A DNA stretch of 64,000 nucleotides from Caecitellus pseudoparvulus (lineage: Eukaryota; Protista; Bigyra: Bicosoecida): positions 4,950 to 68,949 of the forward strand of contig CBFFRQ010000046.1 in NCBI GenBank assembly GCA_965644315.1, read 5' to 3'. The stretch's first letter is position 1. The number at the start of each line of letters is the position of its first letter. Shown one piece after another: positions 43,301-53,207 of the stretch. The position numbers and the translations under genes were made by a program. The notes beneath the pieces were generated by a model. The model searched no databases, was not told the origin of the DNA, and worked only from the letters and a program-made list of their open reading frames with translations.

Positions 43301-45148
43301 CTGTGGTCGCTGCTGAACATGGTGGACCCCGACGGCTTCGCGTCGCTGGAGGAGTTCAACGAACAGTTCGGGGACCTGAAGCAGTCGGAACAGGTGGAGG
43401 CGCTGCAGGCCAAGTTGCGGCCGCTCATGCTGCGCCGTGTGAAGACGGACGTGGAGAAGTCCCTGCCGCCCAAGGAGGAGACCATTGTCAGCGTGGAACT
43501 GACGGCCCTGCAGCGCAAGTACTACAAGGCGGTGTTCGAGCGCAATTCGACGTTCCTGTCGAAAGGCGCCTCTGGCATTTCCGCTGCGAACTTGACGAAC
43601 ATTGAAATGGAGCTGCGCAAGTGCTGCAACCACCCGTACCTGCTGCGGGGCGTGGAGGAACGGGAGACGGCCCGCCTCATGCACGAGTCCAACGCAGCAG
43701 GCGACAGCACGGGTGCTGCGTTTCAGGCGGCGCGCCTGCAGCGCATTGTGGAAGCCTCTGGCAAGATGCTGGTGCTGGACAAACTCCTGCACTGGCTGCA
43801 GGCGGGTGGGCACCGCGTGCTGCTGTTCTCACAGTTTGCCGTGCAGCTGGACATTGTGCAGGACTACTGCGTGGGGCGGGGCTTCGGCATGGAGCGCATC
43901 GACGGCAGCGTCACTGGCAGCGCTCGCCAGGCGGCCATTGACCGCTTCAACGACCCGAGCAGCAGCAGCTTTATCTTCCTGCTGTCCACGCGGGCCGGGG
44001 GTGTCGGCATCAACCTGACCTCTGCCGACACCGTCATCATCTTCGACAGCGACTGGAACCCGCAGAACGACTTGCAGGCACAGGCACGAGCACACCGCAT
44101 TGGGCAAAAGGCGGAGTTGGTGCGCGTGTTCCGCCTCGTCACGTCTCGAACGTACGAGGGGGAGATGTTCCGGCGCGCCTCCCGGAAGCTGGGCCTGCAC
44201 CAGGCGGTGTTCGAGAGTGGCGGCATGGGGGACGGCGTGGGGGAGGGGGAGGGTGCGGAGCTCACCTCCCTGCTCCGCATGGACAAGGACAAGGTGGAGG
44301 CGCTGCTGCGTTTCGGCGCGTACGCCATCATGGAGGAGGGCGAGGCGGACGCCGCCAAGGGGGCCCTGCCTGACGACGACATCGACGCCATTCTGGCCAA
44401 GTCCGCCACCATCCGTGTCAGCTCCGACGGGGAGGTGACCAGCGTCGGGGCAGGGGGTGCGGGTGTCAGTGCGCCGGGGGGCTCTGCTGCTGGCGGTGGC
44501 GACGCACTGCTGCATTTCAAGAAGGCCACCTTTGCGGGGGCAGGGGGGGCGGGTGGGCCGGATGTGGCCGACCCCGGCTTCTGGAAGCGCGTGCTGGGGC
44601 CGCGGCCCGTGGAGGTGCTGCAGCGCGCCCTGGAGGACGGCGGCGTGCAGGGCGTGGGCGCGGGGGCACGGGCTGCCGACGGACCAGGCGCCGGTGACAC
44701 CCTGACCCCCGCCCAGTTCGTGGCAGATGTGCGGCATGTGCTGGTGACTGTGCAGGGCGCGGTGGAGGCGGGGGGGGACGCCGCCACAGTGGCCGCAGAT
44801 CTGCAAGGCGTCACGCGGCTGCTGAAGGAGCTGACAGTGGTGGGTGCGGGCGTGCCGGTGCCGGTGGTTGGCGGGTTGCCCCCCCCCACCTTCCCCGTGA
44901 CACCAGGCGCGGCCCTGCCGTCCCTGCCCCTGCCGCCTGGACAGCAACACACCCTCGCATCCATCGCCCAGGCGTGGCTGAGCAGGGCGACGGGGGTGGC
45001 CAAGGCCTTGCAGGGGGGGGCACGGGGCAGCCGAGGTCGCACCAGGCGAGGGGACCGTCGCACAGACACCGGCGAGCCTGCCCCCAGCAGCCCGCCCAAG
45101 GCGAAGCGCCCCCGTGGGCCGTCGGACAGCGATGCTGGCCAGTCATGA
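40352..45148 (+). CDS. Chromodomain-helicase-DNA-binding remodeler (CHD6-9/Kismet-like) with N-terminal PDZ-like and QLQ-like modules
   Basis: Two chromodomains (EYLVKWKG, WYLVKWCGLPYTECTWE); SNF2 motifs LREYQLEGLNWL, ILADEMGLGKTIQ, DEAH, LTGTPLQN, LRKCCNHPYL, DSDWNPQNDLQAQARAHRIGQ. Confidence 0.92.
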   Translation: MASAAAGGSNADAQGSAPPSAGGSGPPPPEGPTTGTEAATGQATSVSASTLSDWPALGHIQASEFDVEIPVRNLSAGLGMRVVAGHIAAGQVHKGAAEAGSGHIPAVIFVSFLSKGQGAGAVEAAATLRQHDVLVGLQGKDVRGVAFPAVGRALASIVKAAKAGSSSAAALRMRFWRAWEGAWSWEGVGRPSTTLLHATRARGIVPYPNSVSARLPLGGEAYQEVGLWPLQRAAEAALLFDHHLLARGGWKAAPRTNFYRALRSPPPSLMQQGIVGHAGMPVTPQSTPCSAPGVLKVQVQGPGRPSAFPALTAQAAWAQVQQRLGIAPVAGQVGEEAGGAPTPGAAGVGEGGGATPSAPTTHVRMRAVLGSGRPILPQLRAQILVLKMLLAGSGSSVAQEQLALALTGQLPETKPRAPRHHRRRAAAGVGRDEGWGKGRRAALPTRARATKGGAKRGRGKGKARAVGDDSSEEEFVEGGEGPVGSGGFVRRSTRQRSSKQRYTAQDDAELGIAPSSGEDSAASGSESGSDPSQQFKVERVLGVRYSELTWEEVQAAKRAVEAGDVDEETTHGQVQWELLAPEPGGGGGLAVPEEERAVRARDRALLQATMALFPDATDRRAFPRLEYLVKWKGAAYAHVEWVAPSFLTQLNSWAVRRAKEFLATPTATSQLEEEESRVLALRDLPALDAFVPAEYMEAERVLTCMHAEGGGEDGTDLWYLVKWCGLPYTECTWETESDVGSAQVLQRFKLMNMPPSDAAIRAMPSLKQDYRPSPDVWRRHDSSPAFKGGLKLREYQLEGLNWLTWNWYNFRNCILADEMGLGKTIQAVSFLNHLVTREQVHGPFMILAPLSTLGHWEREINTWTSMQAVVYHDPAGGAAGRKLIREHLWHFSKTDKQGVPVGSGAESRWSKMGLFKFNVLLTSYQTLHKDWEFLSPLSWRAVVVDEAHALKNTHSQLSASLRGLDIKSLLLLTGTPLQNDMSELWSLLNMVDPDGFASLEEFNEQFGDLKQSEQVEALQAKLRPLMLRRVKTDVEKSLPPKEETIVSVELTALQRKYYKAVFERNSTFLSKGASGISAANLTNIEMELRKCCNHPYLLRGVEERETARLMHESNAAGDSTGAAFQAARLQRIVEASGKMLVLDKLLHWLQAGGHRVLLFSQFAVQLDIVQDYCVGRGFGMERIDGSVTGSARQAAIDRFNDPSSSSFIFLLSTRAGGVGINLTSADTVIIFDSDWNPQNDLQAQARAHRIGQKAELVRVFRLVTSRTYEGEMFRRASRKLGLHQAVFESGGMGDGVGEGEGAELTSLLRMDKDKVEALLRFGAYAIMEEGEADAAKGALPDDDIDAILAKSATIRVSSDGEVTSVGAGGAGVSAPGGSAAGGGDALLHFKKATFAGAGGAGGPDVADPGFWKRVLGPRPVEVLQRALEDGGVQGVGAGARAADGPGAGDTLTPAQFVADVRHVLVTVQGAVEAGGDAATVAADLQGVTRLLKELTVVGAGVPVPVVGGLPPPTFPVTPGAALPSLPLPPGQQHTLASIAQAWLSRATGVAKALQGGARGSRGRTRRGDRRTDTGEPAPSSPPKAKRPRGPSDSDAGQS

Positions 45149-45192
45149 TGGCGTCATGGGTGGGACATACCAGTGTGCGAACGCGCACTTTC

Positions 45193-46827
45193 TCACTGCT
45201 GCTTGGCGTGGGCAGCGGGGGACCGTGCTGAGCGCAGCAGCGACCACGCCTTGGCAAAGTGCGAGCCGTCAAAGACGTATGCCGTCGCTGCAAACGCGCC
45301 AATCGCCACGACACCGACGGCGGTGTGCTGTGCCTTGGTGGTCAGAGCGGCAGACGCCAAGTCCGCACTGAACGGGTGTGTGCCCAGCCACAGGCCTGCT
45401 GCATGGCAAGCCGCCGAGGTGACAGCGGCCACGAGGAGGGTTTGCGGCGCCGGCAAGGCGTTCGCGAGAGACACGTCCACGTCAGGCCACGCAGCAAAGT
45501 GTTGGTGGATGTGCAGCGTGCTGCTGGCTGAGCGCAGCAGCATGTTCAGGGCGCCTGCGCCGATGAGGCCTGGCACGCCCAGACCCGCCGGCCCCACGGC
45601 GAGCCAGGCGGCGGCGCAGTAGGCGAGGGAAATGCACACCATGCGCAGGTTGAGGCGGAACAGCGTGGTCTGGGAGGCGGTTGCGAAGACGAACGCTTCC
45701 GTCATGCCATTCAGCGCCAGGGCAGCCACGTAGAGGCAGTAGAGTGCCAGCGCCTGGGGCACGGCGAGGCCCACCCACCGCCCAGGCAGTAGGAGCGACA
45801 CGAGCACGCCAGTGAAGGGGGCGCCGAAGCAGGCGAATGTACACCCCACCAGCAGCACCAGGCGCAGGAGGGCGGCGAGGGTGGTCCAGGAGGCCTGCAC
45901 GGCGTGGCGCGCGGACGGTCCCTGCTGCGCCGTCTGCAAGGCCAGGCGGCCGAACAGCGCCCGGCCCGCCTCTTCCAGCGGCTGGAACACCAGGCGTGGA
46001 GCCAGGGATCCCAGGTTTGTGACGACAGAGTAGACGCCTTTCTCTTGGCGTGAGGCAGTGGACACCAGCACCAGCCGGTCGCCCTCTGTCAGCAAGTGCT
46101 TCAGCACGCCCTGGCCCCAGAAGGCGCCGCCCAGCTGCAGGTGGGAAGCGAGAATGAAGTTCCCAAGAGTGCGTTCCTCAGTGGTCAGTGCACGAGGCAG
46201 CAAGCGCGACAGGACGCCGTCAGACGCTGCCCAGTGCAGGTACACCCCCACCAGCACAGCAGCGTATGCGAGCTGCCCCACAGCGAAAGCCGAGGAAGCC
46301 AGGCCGAAGCCCAACACTGCGCCAGCCGTCGTGAGGGTCTTCGCGAAGATGGCGGCGCCCTCCGCGCGCACCCGCACGTCGAAGCGCAGGCTGCCTGCCG
46401 CCAGCACGTACGCCGGCTCGGTGAAGCACTCCACGATGGCTGCCAAGCCAAAGGCCAGGACAGTCGCCTGCTCTTCAGCGCTGCCTGCTCCCCGGCTGAA
46501 CACGGTACATGCACCCGCGGCCAGGACACAGCCCAGGGGCGGCACGAGCCAGGCCAGGTTCACGAGGGACTGCGTGGCGCTGCTGGCCTGCTCCGTGTTG
46601 GAGCGCAGGGCGGTCAGGCGCACCCCCTCCCGAGCCAAGAACAACACAGTGCTCAGCAGCAGCTCCATGTCGTGTGCAGCGAAGCCCAGCACTTCTGCTT
46701 GCGTCCACCGCACGAGGGCGGTGTTCATGGCGAACGTCAGGAGGCGCTGGGCCAGCGTCATGGCCATGAGCAGCTTTGCGCCTTGGGCTGCCCTGCCCAC
46801 CACAGAGGGCTGCTCCGAGGCAGGCAT
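45193..46827 (-). CDS. RFT1: RFT1 (Man5GlcNAc2-PP-dolichol translocation protein)
   Basis: QRLLTFAMN, LFLAREGVR, LKHLLTEGD, GVYSVVTNLGSL..RLVFQPLEE, LALNGMTEAF; multipass membrane protein. Confidence 0.93.
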   Translation of the reverse strand: MPASEQPSVVGRAAQGAKLLMAMTLAQRLLTFAMNTALVRWTQAEVLGFAAHDMELLLSTVLFLAREGVRLTALRSNTEQASSATQSLVNLAWLVPPLGCVLAAGACTVFSRGAGSAEEQATVLAFGLAAIVECFTEPAYVLAAGSLRFDVRVRAEGAAIFAKTLTTAGAVLGFGLASSAFAVGQLAYAAVLVGVYLHWAASDGVLSRLLPRALTTEERTLGNFILASHLQLGGAFWGQGVLKHLLTEGDRLVLVSTASRQEKGVYSVVTNLGSLAPRLVFQPLEEAGRALFGRLALQTAQQGPSARHAVQASWTTLAALLRLVLLVGCTFACFGAPFTGVLVSLLLPGRWVGLAVPQALALYCLYVAALALNGMTEAFVFATASQTTLFRLNLRMVCISLAYCAAAWLAVGPAGLGVPGLIGAGALNMLLRSASSTLHIHQHFAAWPDVDVSLANALPAPQTLLVAAVTSAACHAAGLWLGTHPFSADLASAALTTKAQHTAVGVVAIGAFAATAYVFDGSHFAKAWSLLRSARSPAAHAKQQ

Positions 46828-47279
46828 GACAGGAAGGGGCTGAAGATGAAATGGAGAATGATCTCGGACGTTGGATTAGCGGCCTTTGAGGTCAGGGAGG
46901 GCCTGCACTGGGACGCAAGTGAAAGGGGGAGTTTCACGCGCGTTTCGAGAATCTGCCACTTGGCCTGGTTGCGTGCATTTTCAGTGCAGGCTGCGGGGCG
47001 TGCGTAAAGGTGACGAGGGCGAGAGAATAAAATTTTTCATTATTATTAACCTCCCTCTTTGCCAGGTAAAAAATGCTGTAACGGCGCAGTCCAAGGCTGC
47101 TCAGCGTGGACAAGGCTTGCACTGTCCTGACTGCAGTGCCCAAGGACAGCTGGGTAGGGGCTTGGAGGCAAGCAGCCGAAGCTTGTTCCGAATCTGAGCG
47201 GTCCATGGTGCACCAATGGTGTGTGTGTGTGAGAACTGGCAGGCACCCGGTGCACGCCCTTGTCGTGGGCTGTCTCCTG

Positions 47280-49253
47280 TCAGTGGGGCATTTCCTTGAC
47301 TGCACTGCCAACTGGAGGCTTGCCAGCCGCCTCCTCGTCGTCGTCTTGGAGAGCCTTGGTGCGATCCGGCGATGTTGAGGTACGTTGGGCCAGCTGTAGC
47401 TGAGGTGGTGCCCCACTGGCCCACCATGCCAGGCGTGCCTCCCGCCAGGCGGCCAAGATGGCGGAGGCACTTTGCACCGCCTCCTCGCGGTGACTGGTCA
47501 TGAGGGAGGCCACAGACGCAGATGCAGACTCCGCTTCTTGGTCTGAACAGGGTGGGAACATGGCTTGGAGCTCGGGCAGCAGTGGCGCCAGGGCTTCACT
47601 CAGGCCCTCGAGCCCTTGCCCAGCTGCATCGCTTGTAGCGGGAGCGCCCTCAACGAAACTGCCCAGCTGAGAAACAAGGGCTGCTGCACACAGGTGGACA
47701 CTGTGCTGGGCGCTGCTCGCAGCGGGCTGCGATGCCTCCACGGATGGGCTGTGCTCTGGTGGCGGGGGTGATGAACGGAGCAAGTGAGCGACCGCTTCCA
47801 ACGCAGCGCTTGCGCCACTCTGCGGCCCTGCATCCGAAGGCAGGCTGTCATCATCATGCTGCGCCCACTGGAGGATGTCCATGCTGCCGTGAATGACAAA
47901 GGCCATTTCGGGGAGATCCCACAGAGATAGGTGCGGCGATTCAGGTTGACTCTCCAGTAAGTGACTCAGCGCAAGCACAGCTGAAGCGTGCTCCTGTGAG
48001 CCCGCAGCGCTGTCTGAAGTCACAGCACAAAGCGCCGCACAAGCCAAGGTCGTATCGTCTGCCCCCCACACGTCGTATGTGTCCTCGTCGCACAACAGCA
48101 GCCCCAGGGCATGCACTGCCTGCCTGCGGTGCTCAGCGGCAACGTCTGTCTGCAATGCATGCCACGCGAGAGCTTTATGGGCTCCAGCAGCTATGAGAGC
48201 GGCAGAGCACGGTCCAGGAGGGCTTGTCAGGTGACGCAGTAGGTCGCAAGCCGCCTCGCTCAGCCTCGACTGGGGGTCCTTCATGACACACACGCTCACC
48301 AGTTGCAAGAGGCACGGCATGGCACCGGCGCCACCACCATGCAGCCCCACTGCAGCCTTGTTCTGCGAGAGCGTCCGACTGACATATGCGGAGAGGGGGC
48401 CATCAGTGGGGACCGCAAAGAGCGCGCTGAGGGCCTGCAGCGCCATGGTAGCGGTCTCATCGCAGCCTTGCACCACCTGCCACGCGTGCACCTTGCCAGG
48501 GAGCGCGGCATCAACGAAGACCCTCCCGACCCCAATTGTGTACGAGCTCTGCATGCGCACTTGACTAAACCCAACGCTCTGGCCCCCTGCGCCCGAGGCA
48601 GCTCCTGCACGGTCCAGCTCTGTGCAACCTTGCACACCTCGTTGGATCATGCGAAGCAGCGTTTGAGAGCGGTGTCGGAGGAGAGCGTGATCCAGCGGGA
48701 CCGCAAGTCTCTCCAAACGACTTGGACAGCACAGCTGCGGGATCAGAGCAGCGGTGAGCTGGTCAGATTCTTGGCTCTGCAAGATCCAGTGCAGAGCCCG
48801 CCCGCCAACTGGACTCCTGCCCAAACACTCGAAGAGCTGCCACAGAACATGGGAGTTTGGGCAGTCGCCGGCCAAGCTGGTCTGTGCACGCTCTTCGCCA
48901 AAGCTCTTCAGCAGTTTGTGGAATGCGTAGCTGCCGCACCACGGCGAGTTTTCGTGGGTCTCGGCGTGGGAAAGGCAAGCGGCAATAACCTGCAGCTCCA
49001 ACGCAGTCTCTGGCTCACCGTCCTCGTTGTACGCCGGCGTAAAATCACACTCAAAGTACATCTCCAAGCACTGGGTGTTCAGGGTCCTCGTCACGACCTC
49101 GGCAGCCTGGGGGGACTGCTTCGCAGCGGCAACCATTGCTCGTAAGTGCGTCTCTCCTTCTCCTCGGCGTGCTGGGTCCATCATGGCTGCTGCATACTGC
49201 TTCCCGAGCTCTTCTGCTGCAATCACAGCCTGCTGACCGTGCTCCTTGGACAT
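47280..49253 (-). CDS. Uncharacterised alpha-helical (ARM/HEAT-like) protein
   Basis: 657-aa ORF with helical repeats (ALQALSAL, ACDLLRHL, AVHALGLL, AVLALSHL). The 5' end may include an upstream exon. Confidence 0.55.
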   Translation of the reverse strand: MSKEHGQQAVIAAEELGKQYAAAMMDPARRGEGETHLRAMVAAAKQSPQAAEVVTRTLNTQCLEMYFECDFTPAYNEDGEPETALELQVIAACLSHAETHENSPWCGSYAFHKLLKSFGEERAQTSLAGDCPNSHVLWQLFECLGRSPVGGRALHWILQSQESDQLTAALIPQLCCPSRLERLAVPLDHALLRHRSQTLLRMIQRGVQGCTELDRAGAASGAGGQSVGFSQVRMQSSYTIGVGRVFVDAALPGKVHAWQVVQGCDETATMALQALSALFAVPTDGPLSAYVSRTLSQNKAAVGLHGGGAGAMPCLLQLVSVCVMKDPQSRLSEAACDLLRHLTSPPGPCSAALIAAGAHKALAWHALQTDVAAEHRRQAVHALGLLLCDEDTYDVWGADDTTLACAALCAVTSDSAAGSQEHASAVLALSHLLESQPESPHLSLWDLPEMAFVIHGSMDILQWAQHDDDSLPSDAGPQSGASAALEAVAHLLRSSPPPPEHSPSVEASQPAASSAQHSVHLCAAALVSQLGSFVEGAPATSDAAGQGLEGLSEALAPLLPELQAMFPPCSDQEAESASASVASLMTSHREEAVQSASAILAAWREARLAWWASGAPPQLQLAQRTSTSPDRTKALQDDDEEAAGKPPVGSAVKEMPH

Positions 49254-49658
49254 ATCTACGGGATGTGTCGGTGAAAATGCAGGAAGTGCGGCGGGGCAGC
49301 CTGCAAGTGACGGGAGGCATGCGGGTCATGGTTTGGCGTGTTGGCTGGTGTCGGTTTCTGGGTCTCACGCACGCGCAAAAGACAGACTAGGACAGGAATG
49401 GAGGTCAAACTCAATCTACGAATTAACATTCGTCATAGTTAACACTTCTGTGCACTTATTTTGCTGTGCAATCCTTGTGCTGGGGTTTTGCCATGCACGC
49501 TTATGATTCGTTCCGCGAATGATGTACTCTTCCGTCGCGGATCAAACGTGCACACGCGCAGTACTTTCCAATGACCACCTCGCATTCCTGCCCCCACCAC
49601 TGGATCTTGTGTCGTGCAAGCTTGCTCTGTTCGCAAATCCTCCCACCTCTCTGTCAAA

Positions 49659-50381
49659 ATGGCTGCTCGTGGCGTGAGTTTCGTGCTTCGGCGTTTTCCT
49701 GCTGCAGCAGGCGAGCTTTGCGCCTGACATTGGCAGACCCTGACATCCATTGCCCTCCAACCGTGACTCACACAGAAGGCTCGCAACTCCACCTTCACCG
49801 TGGACTGCTCTGCTCCCGTGGATCGCACCGTCCTCGTGACCTCTGAGTTCGTGAGTCCGCCGAGCCTGGCCGCCGCAGCTGGCGCTGCCCCGCATTGCTG
49901 ACAGCTCGCTGGCTGCCGTTCACGCACGCCTTGCTTGGTATGCTTGCGTCCACAGGCCGATTTCCTGAAGGCGAACATCAAGGTCGCCGGCAAGGCAGGC
50001 AACCTGGGCGATGCCGGTGCGTGCAGGCCAGCTTCAGGCAGGGCTGGTGTGTCAGATTCCGCACTGTCTCTGGCTTGCCCTCTTTCCACAGTGACCGTGA
50101 CCAGCACCTCCTCCACCGTCACCGTGACCTCCAACCTGGTCACCAAGGACAACGCTGCTGTGGCTGCTGTCAGCAAGCGCTACCTGCGCGTGCGTAGCTG
50201 CGGTGTGGCCCGTTTGTGGTGAGCCGCCACCCTGTGCCCTCGCCTCTCTGTGCAGTACCTGACCAAGAAGTACATTGCCAAGGAGTCCCTGCTGGAGTAC
50301 CTGCGCGTCCTGGCTGATGGCCCCAACGGCTACAAGATCACCTTCTACAACCTCGACGACGAGGAGGAGGAGGAGGAGTAA
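49659..50381 (+). CDS. RPL22: 60S ribosomal protein eL22; 5 exons
   Basis: Spliced MAARG-KARNSTFTVDCSAPVD...F-ADFLKANIKVAGKAGNLGDA-VTV...SKRYLR-YLTKKY...LLEYLRV...YKITFYNLDDEEEEEE*; four GT-AG introns. Confidence 0.95.
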
Positions 50382-50575
50382 GCGGACTGCGAGCTCATCT
50401 CCCGGCACCTGCATTGGCGAGGCTGTGTCAGTGGGCACCGTGCGGTGGCAGGCCCAGCCTTCTCCCCTCCCCCTCCCCACTTCGCGCTCCCGCTTGCGTC
50501 CCGTATGTTGCCACCAGGGCTTGTCTCTGGACTGGTCCAGCCTCCCCCCAATGCAGCCTTGCCCTCGCCCCCCTC

Positions 50576-51436
50576 TCACCTCCCGTGCGACTCACCAAAG
50601 TACTCCGAGGCGCTGAAGCCTTCGTCGACAGTACCCTGAGCGGCTTCCAGCTCCTGCCGGTACTGCGTCCGTCGCTGGCGCACGGCACGAGGGCGTGGTG
50701 TGTGCTGCGAGGCACCTTCGCCTGACCAGCGGTCTGAGGTGCCGGGCCTGACGTCATGGCCAGCCTCCAGGGCAGCGGCTTCTGCCTGGCGAGCATCTGA
50801 GCGAGCCTTCTGATACCGGGTCTCACTGGGCGATGCTCCGATCTCAAACACCCCCGCTGTGTGCGCGAAGGTGGGGGAATCAGCTGATGCAGGCGTTGCG
50901 GCAGCGTTTCACGCCACGCACCTCGGGCCAAGTCTCGCATGGCTGGCCGTCCCCACAGCTGCGCCCCGATAAACCCCCCACCAGACATTCCACCTGCATG
51001 TGTGCATGAAAATTGCGCCTCGTTCGACTCGGTCGCGCAGCTGGCGCCCCCACCCTCGCAACTCACACAAAGTGCCCATGAGCAGCTCATTCCTGCCCCA
51101 GCTGCTCGGGGCCATGCCAGCCCTTCCTGCGCAAGGAGGTAAGGCCAGTGTGTACTTGCGAGACCAAGCTCTGTTGGGAACAGGTGAACTCACGCAGCCC
51201 ATAGAACCCCAGCACCCCAACGGCGGTGCCGGACAGCATGCCGATGAAGCCTCCAGTCCACCTGCGCAGCGAGGACAGGCTGCGTCACTTGCCACGCACA
51301 GCGGTGACAGTGCTCGCTGCAGCACGCACAGCTGCCTCCTCGTGTCTGCTACTTGCTTGTACGCTTCCTTGTCCAGGCGATCAGCCATGCTCTCTGACCG
51401 TGCCTGCGCTGCAGGCGTTGCGGCAGTGCGCGACAT
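50576..51436 (-). CDS. Small multi-exon gene, probable Gly-rich membrane protein of unknown function
   Basis: Plausible coding pieces separated by GT..AG segments (MADRLDKEAYKQ; WTGGFIGMLSGTAVGVLGFYGL; GGFIGAQLWGRPAMRDLA; FEIGASPSETRYQKAR...). Exon structure not resolved. Confidence 0.4.
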
Positions 51437-51977
51437 GGTGCTGACTTCGGCTGAGGTTGGTGTCGGAAGAGTCTGGTGTACCCTGATAAGCTGCCCAGCG
51501 TGGGCGGAGAGGAATTTTGAGTGTTACTCTTGGTGTTTGTGGATTGTGCTTCGGCTTGCATTCTGCAGCGGGGCCGCTGCCCCTCTTTGCGAGGTCAGTG
51601 CCGCAACAGGCTTTTCGACGCGCCATGCCAGAGCCTGCCCACCGCTGCCCAGCAGCGGTGTCCAAGTCTCAAAGACGATACGTGCGCGGGGGATAGGCTG
51701 CGCATGTCGGTGTTGCTCGGCGAGCTCGGGTGGGTTCAGGGCAGCCCAAGCAAAGTGCAGGGCGGCGGAGGAGCGCGAAACGCAGCAAGGCTTCCGAGGC
51801 AGGCGTCGGCGTGGCAAGCACCAGCCACGGTGAAAGTTGATGCCAGGCTGGTGCAATGTGCTGGGCGGCCACGGTTGTGAAGTTGCTGCCTGCTGGTTTG
51901 CCACGCAGCAGCGCCCACTGTGCTGGAGCTCGTGACACATACACACAACTGCCCGCTTCTGTGTTGCAGGGCAATGT

Positions 51978-53207
51978 CTATGGAGCCGCTGCCTGGTGGG
52001 CAGCACCACCAGGCGTGGCCTTCGGGGCAGGGCTGACTTCGGCTGGCAGCTGCAGCTGCAGTGCGCAGAAGCTGGCGCCCGGGGCAATACTTTGGAAAGC
52101 GGAAGGCTGCCCCGGCTGCAGCACCAGCAGCGCACTGCCACCCACTGCAACCCACGGCCCAGACCAAGCCATCGCCGCAGGTTCCAGGGCCTGCGCTCCC
52201 CGTGTCCGCAGCTGTTCCACATCCGTGTCGTGGCACAGGATGAACAGCACCTGGGCCCCCGCCTTGGCACACTCCCCCACGAAGGCAGCCCCTTCCTCCG
52301 CCACACAGTCCTCAAGCACCAACACGCCGAAGCACAGCGGCACGGTGCCGGCGGAAGAGGGGCACAGCACCTCGTCGACCGCGCAGAAGCGACTGCCTTG
52401 CACTTGGAGGGCGGGGGTGCCGCCGCCCAGTGTCACTGTCCCACCGCCACGCCGCCGCAGTACACTGAGGCCCCACTCGCCGCTCGCCCCAGCTGCCTCC
52501 GGTCGCGCGCCTGCCACGGGAAACGCCTCGAAGTGACTGCCATCTAACAACGGCCCCACTAGCCCGCTGCCCCCCAAGCACACGGCAGGGTCCCCACCCC
52601 CCTGCACTCCCTGCAGCAGGCGGTGCAAGCCAGCGTGGTGGCGAATGCCGGTGGCGGGCACCCTGCCCAGCACCAAGCGAGGCAGCAGCACCATGCCCAC
52701 AGGGCTGGTACTGGCGGATGCAGAGGCTGCCGCAGCCATCAGGTGCGAGCAAGCTGCGGGGTCCTGCAACAAGGCCAGCAGGATGGAGTGCTGCGGCGAG
52801 CAGCTGGTGCTGGAGGTGGCAGCCAGCGGGGCTGCAGGTGTCTCCAAACTGCCCCCGATGCGCAGGTCAGCGAGTGCCGACACAACGGCGTCTTCCAAAG
52901 ATGCAGTCGTGGTGGCCGCGGCTGCCATGCTTGTCAGCACGTCCAACGCTGTGGTCTCCTGAGAAGACAGTGCTGCGCCAGTCGAGGGGGCAGCTGGTGA
53001 GGCAGCTGCCGCCGCACTGGATTGAACAGCTTTGCTGAGGACAGGCGCAAAGTCTTGAATGAAAGTGGTCTGGTGTTGAGGGGCGTGCCGTGCCCCAATC
53101 ACCGTCGCGCTTGCAAAGGGCAACTCGTCCTTCGCTTTGTCTGCCGTTTCACCCGCGTTTTGCGGGACCCGCAACCGGCGTGGCTGGTCCCCACCCCCTG
53201 CGGCCAT
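51978..53207 (-). CDS. Uncharacterised protein with a degenerate carbon-nitrogen hydrolase-like C-terminal segment
   Basis: Likely ATG at 53207 within ORF 51978..53408. FGVLVLED...EGAAFVGECAKAGAQVLFIL resembles nitrilase GxxICxD...AxxGAQxL but lacks the catalytic Cys. Confidence 0.4.
   Translation of the reverse strand: MAAGGGDQPRRLRVPQNAGETADKAKDELPFASATVIGARHAPQHQTTFIQDFAPVLSKAVQSSAAAAASPAAPSTGAALSSQETTALDVLTSMAAAATTTASLEDAVVSALADLRIGGSLETPAAPLAATSSTSCSPQHSILLALLQDPAACSHLMAAAASASASTSPVGMVLLPRLVLGRVPATGIRHHAGLHRLLQGVQGGGDPAVCLGGSGLVGPLLDGSHFEAFPVAGARPEAAGASGEWGLSVLRRRGGGTVTLGGGTPALQVQGSRFCAVDEVLCPSSAGTVPLCFGVLVLEDCVAEEGAAFVGECAKAGAQVLFILCHDTDVEQLRTRGAQALEPAAMAWSGPWVAVGGSALLVLQPGQPSAFQSIAPGASFCALQLQLPAEVSPAPKATPGGAAHQAAAP

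Noticed and set aside
8243-45148. Functional cluster of chromatin/kinetochore genes (BRCT, BRE1, BuGZ, CENP-C, CHD)
   Set aside because: They are interspersed with unrelated metabolic genes, and chance cannot be excluded without synteny data.
3160-47007. Many long antisense or overlapping ORFs (e.g. 3160..4503, 9731..11218, 26508..28037, 43864..45099)
   Set aside because: Shadow ORFs expected from high GC and codon bias opposite recognisable genes; they contain no motifs.
49500-50260. snoRNA in or near the RPL22 introns
   Set aside because: No properly paired C/D boxes or H/ACA structure was recognisable.
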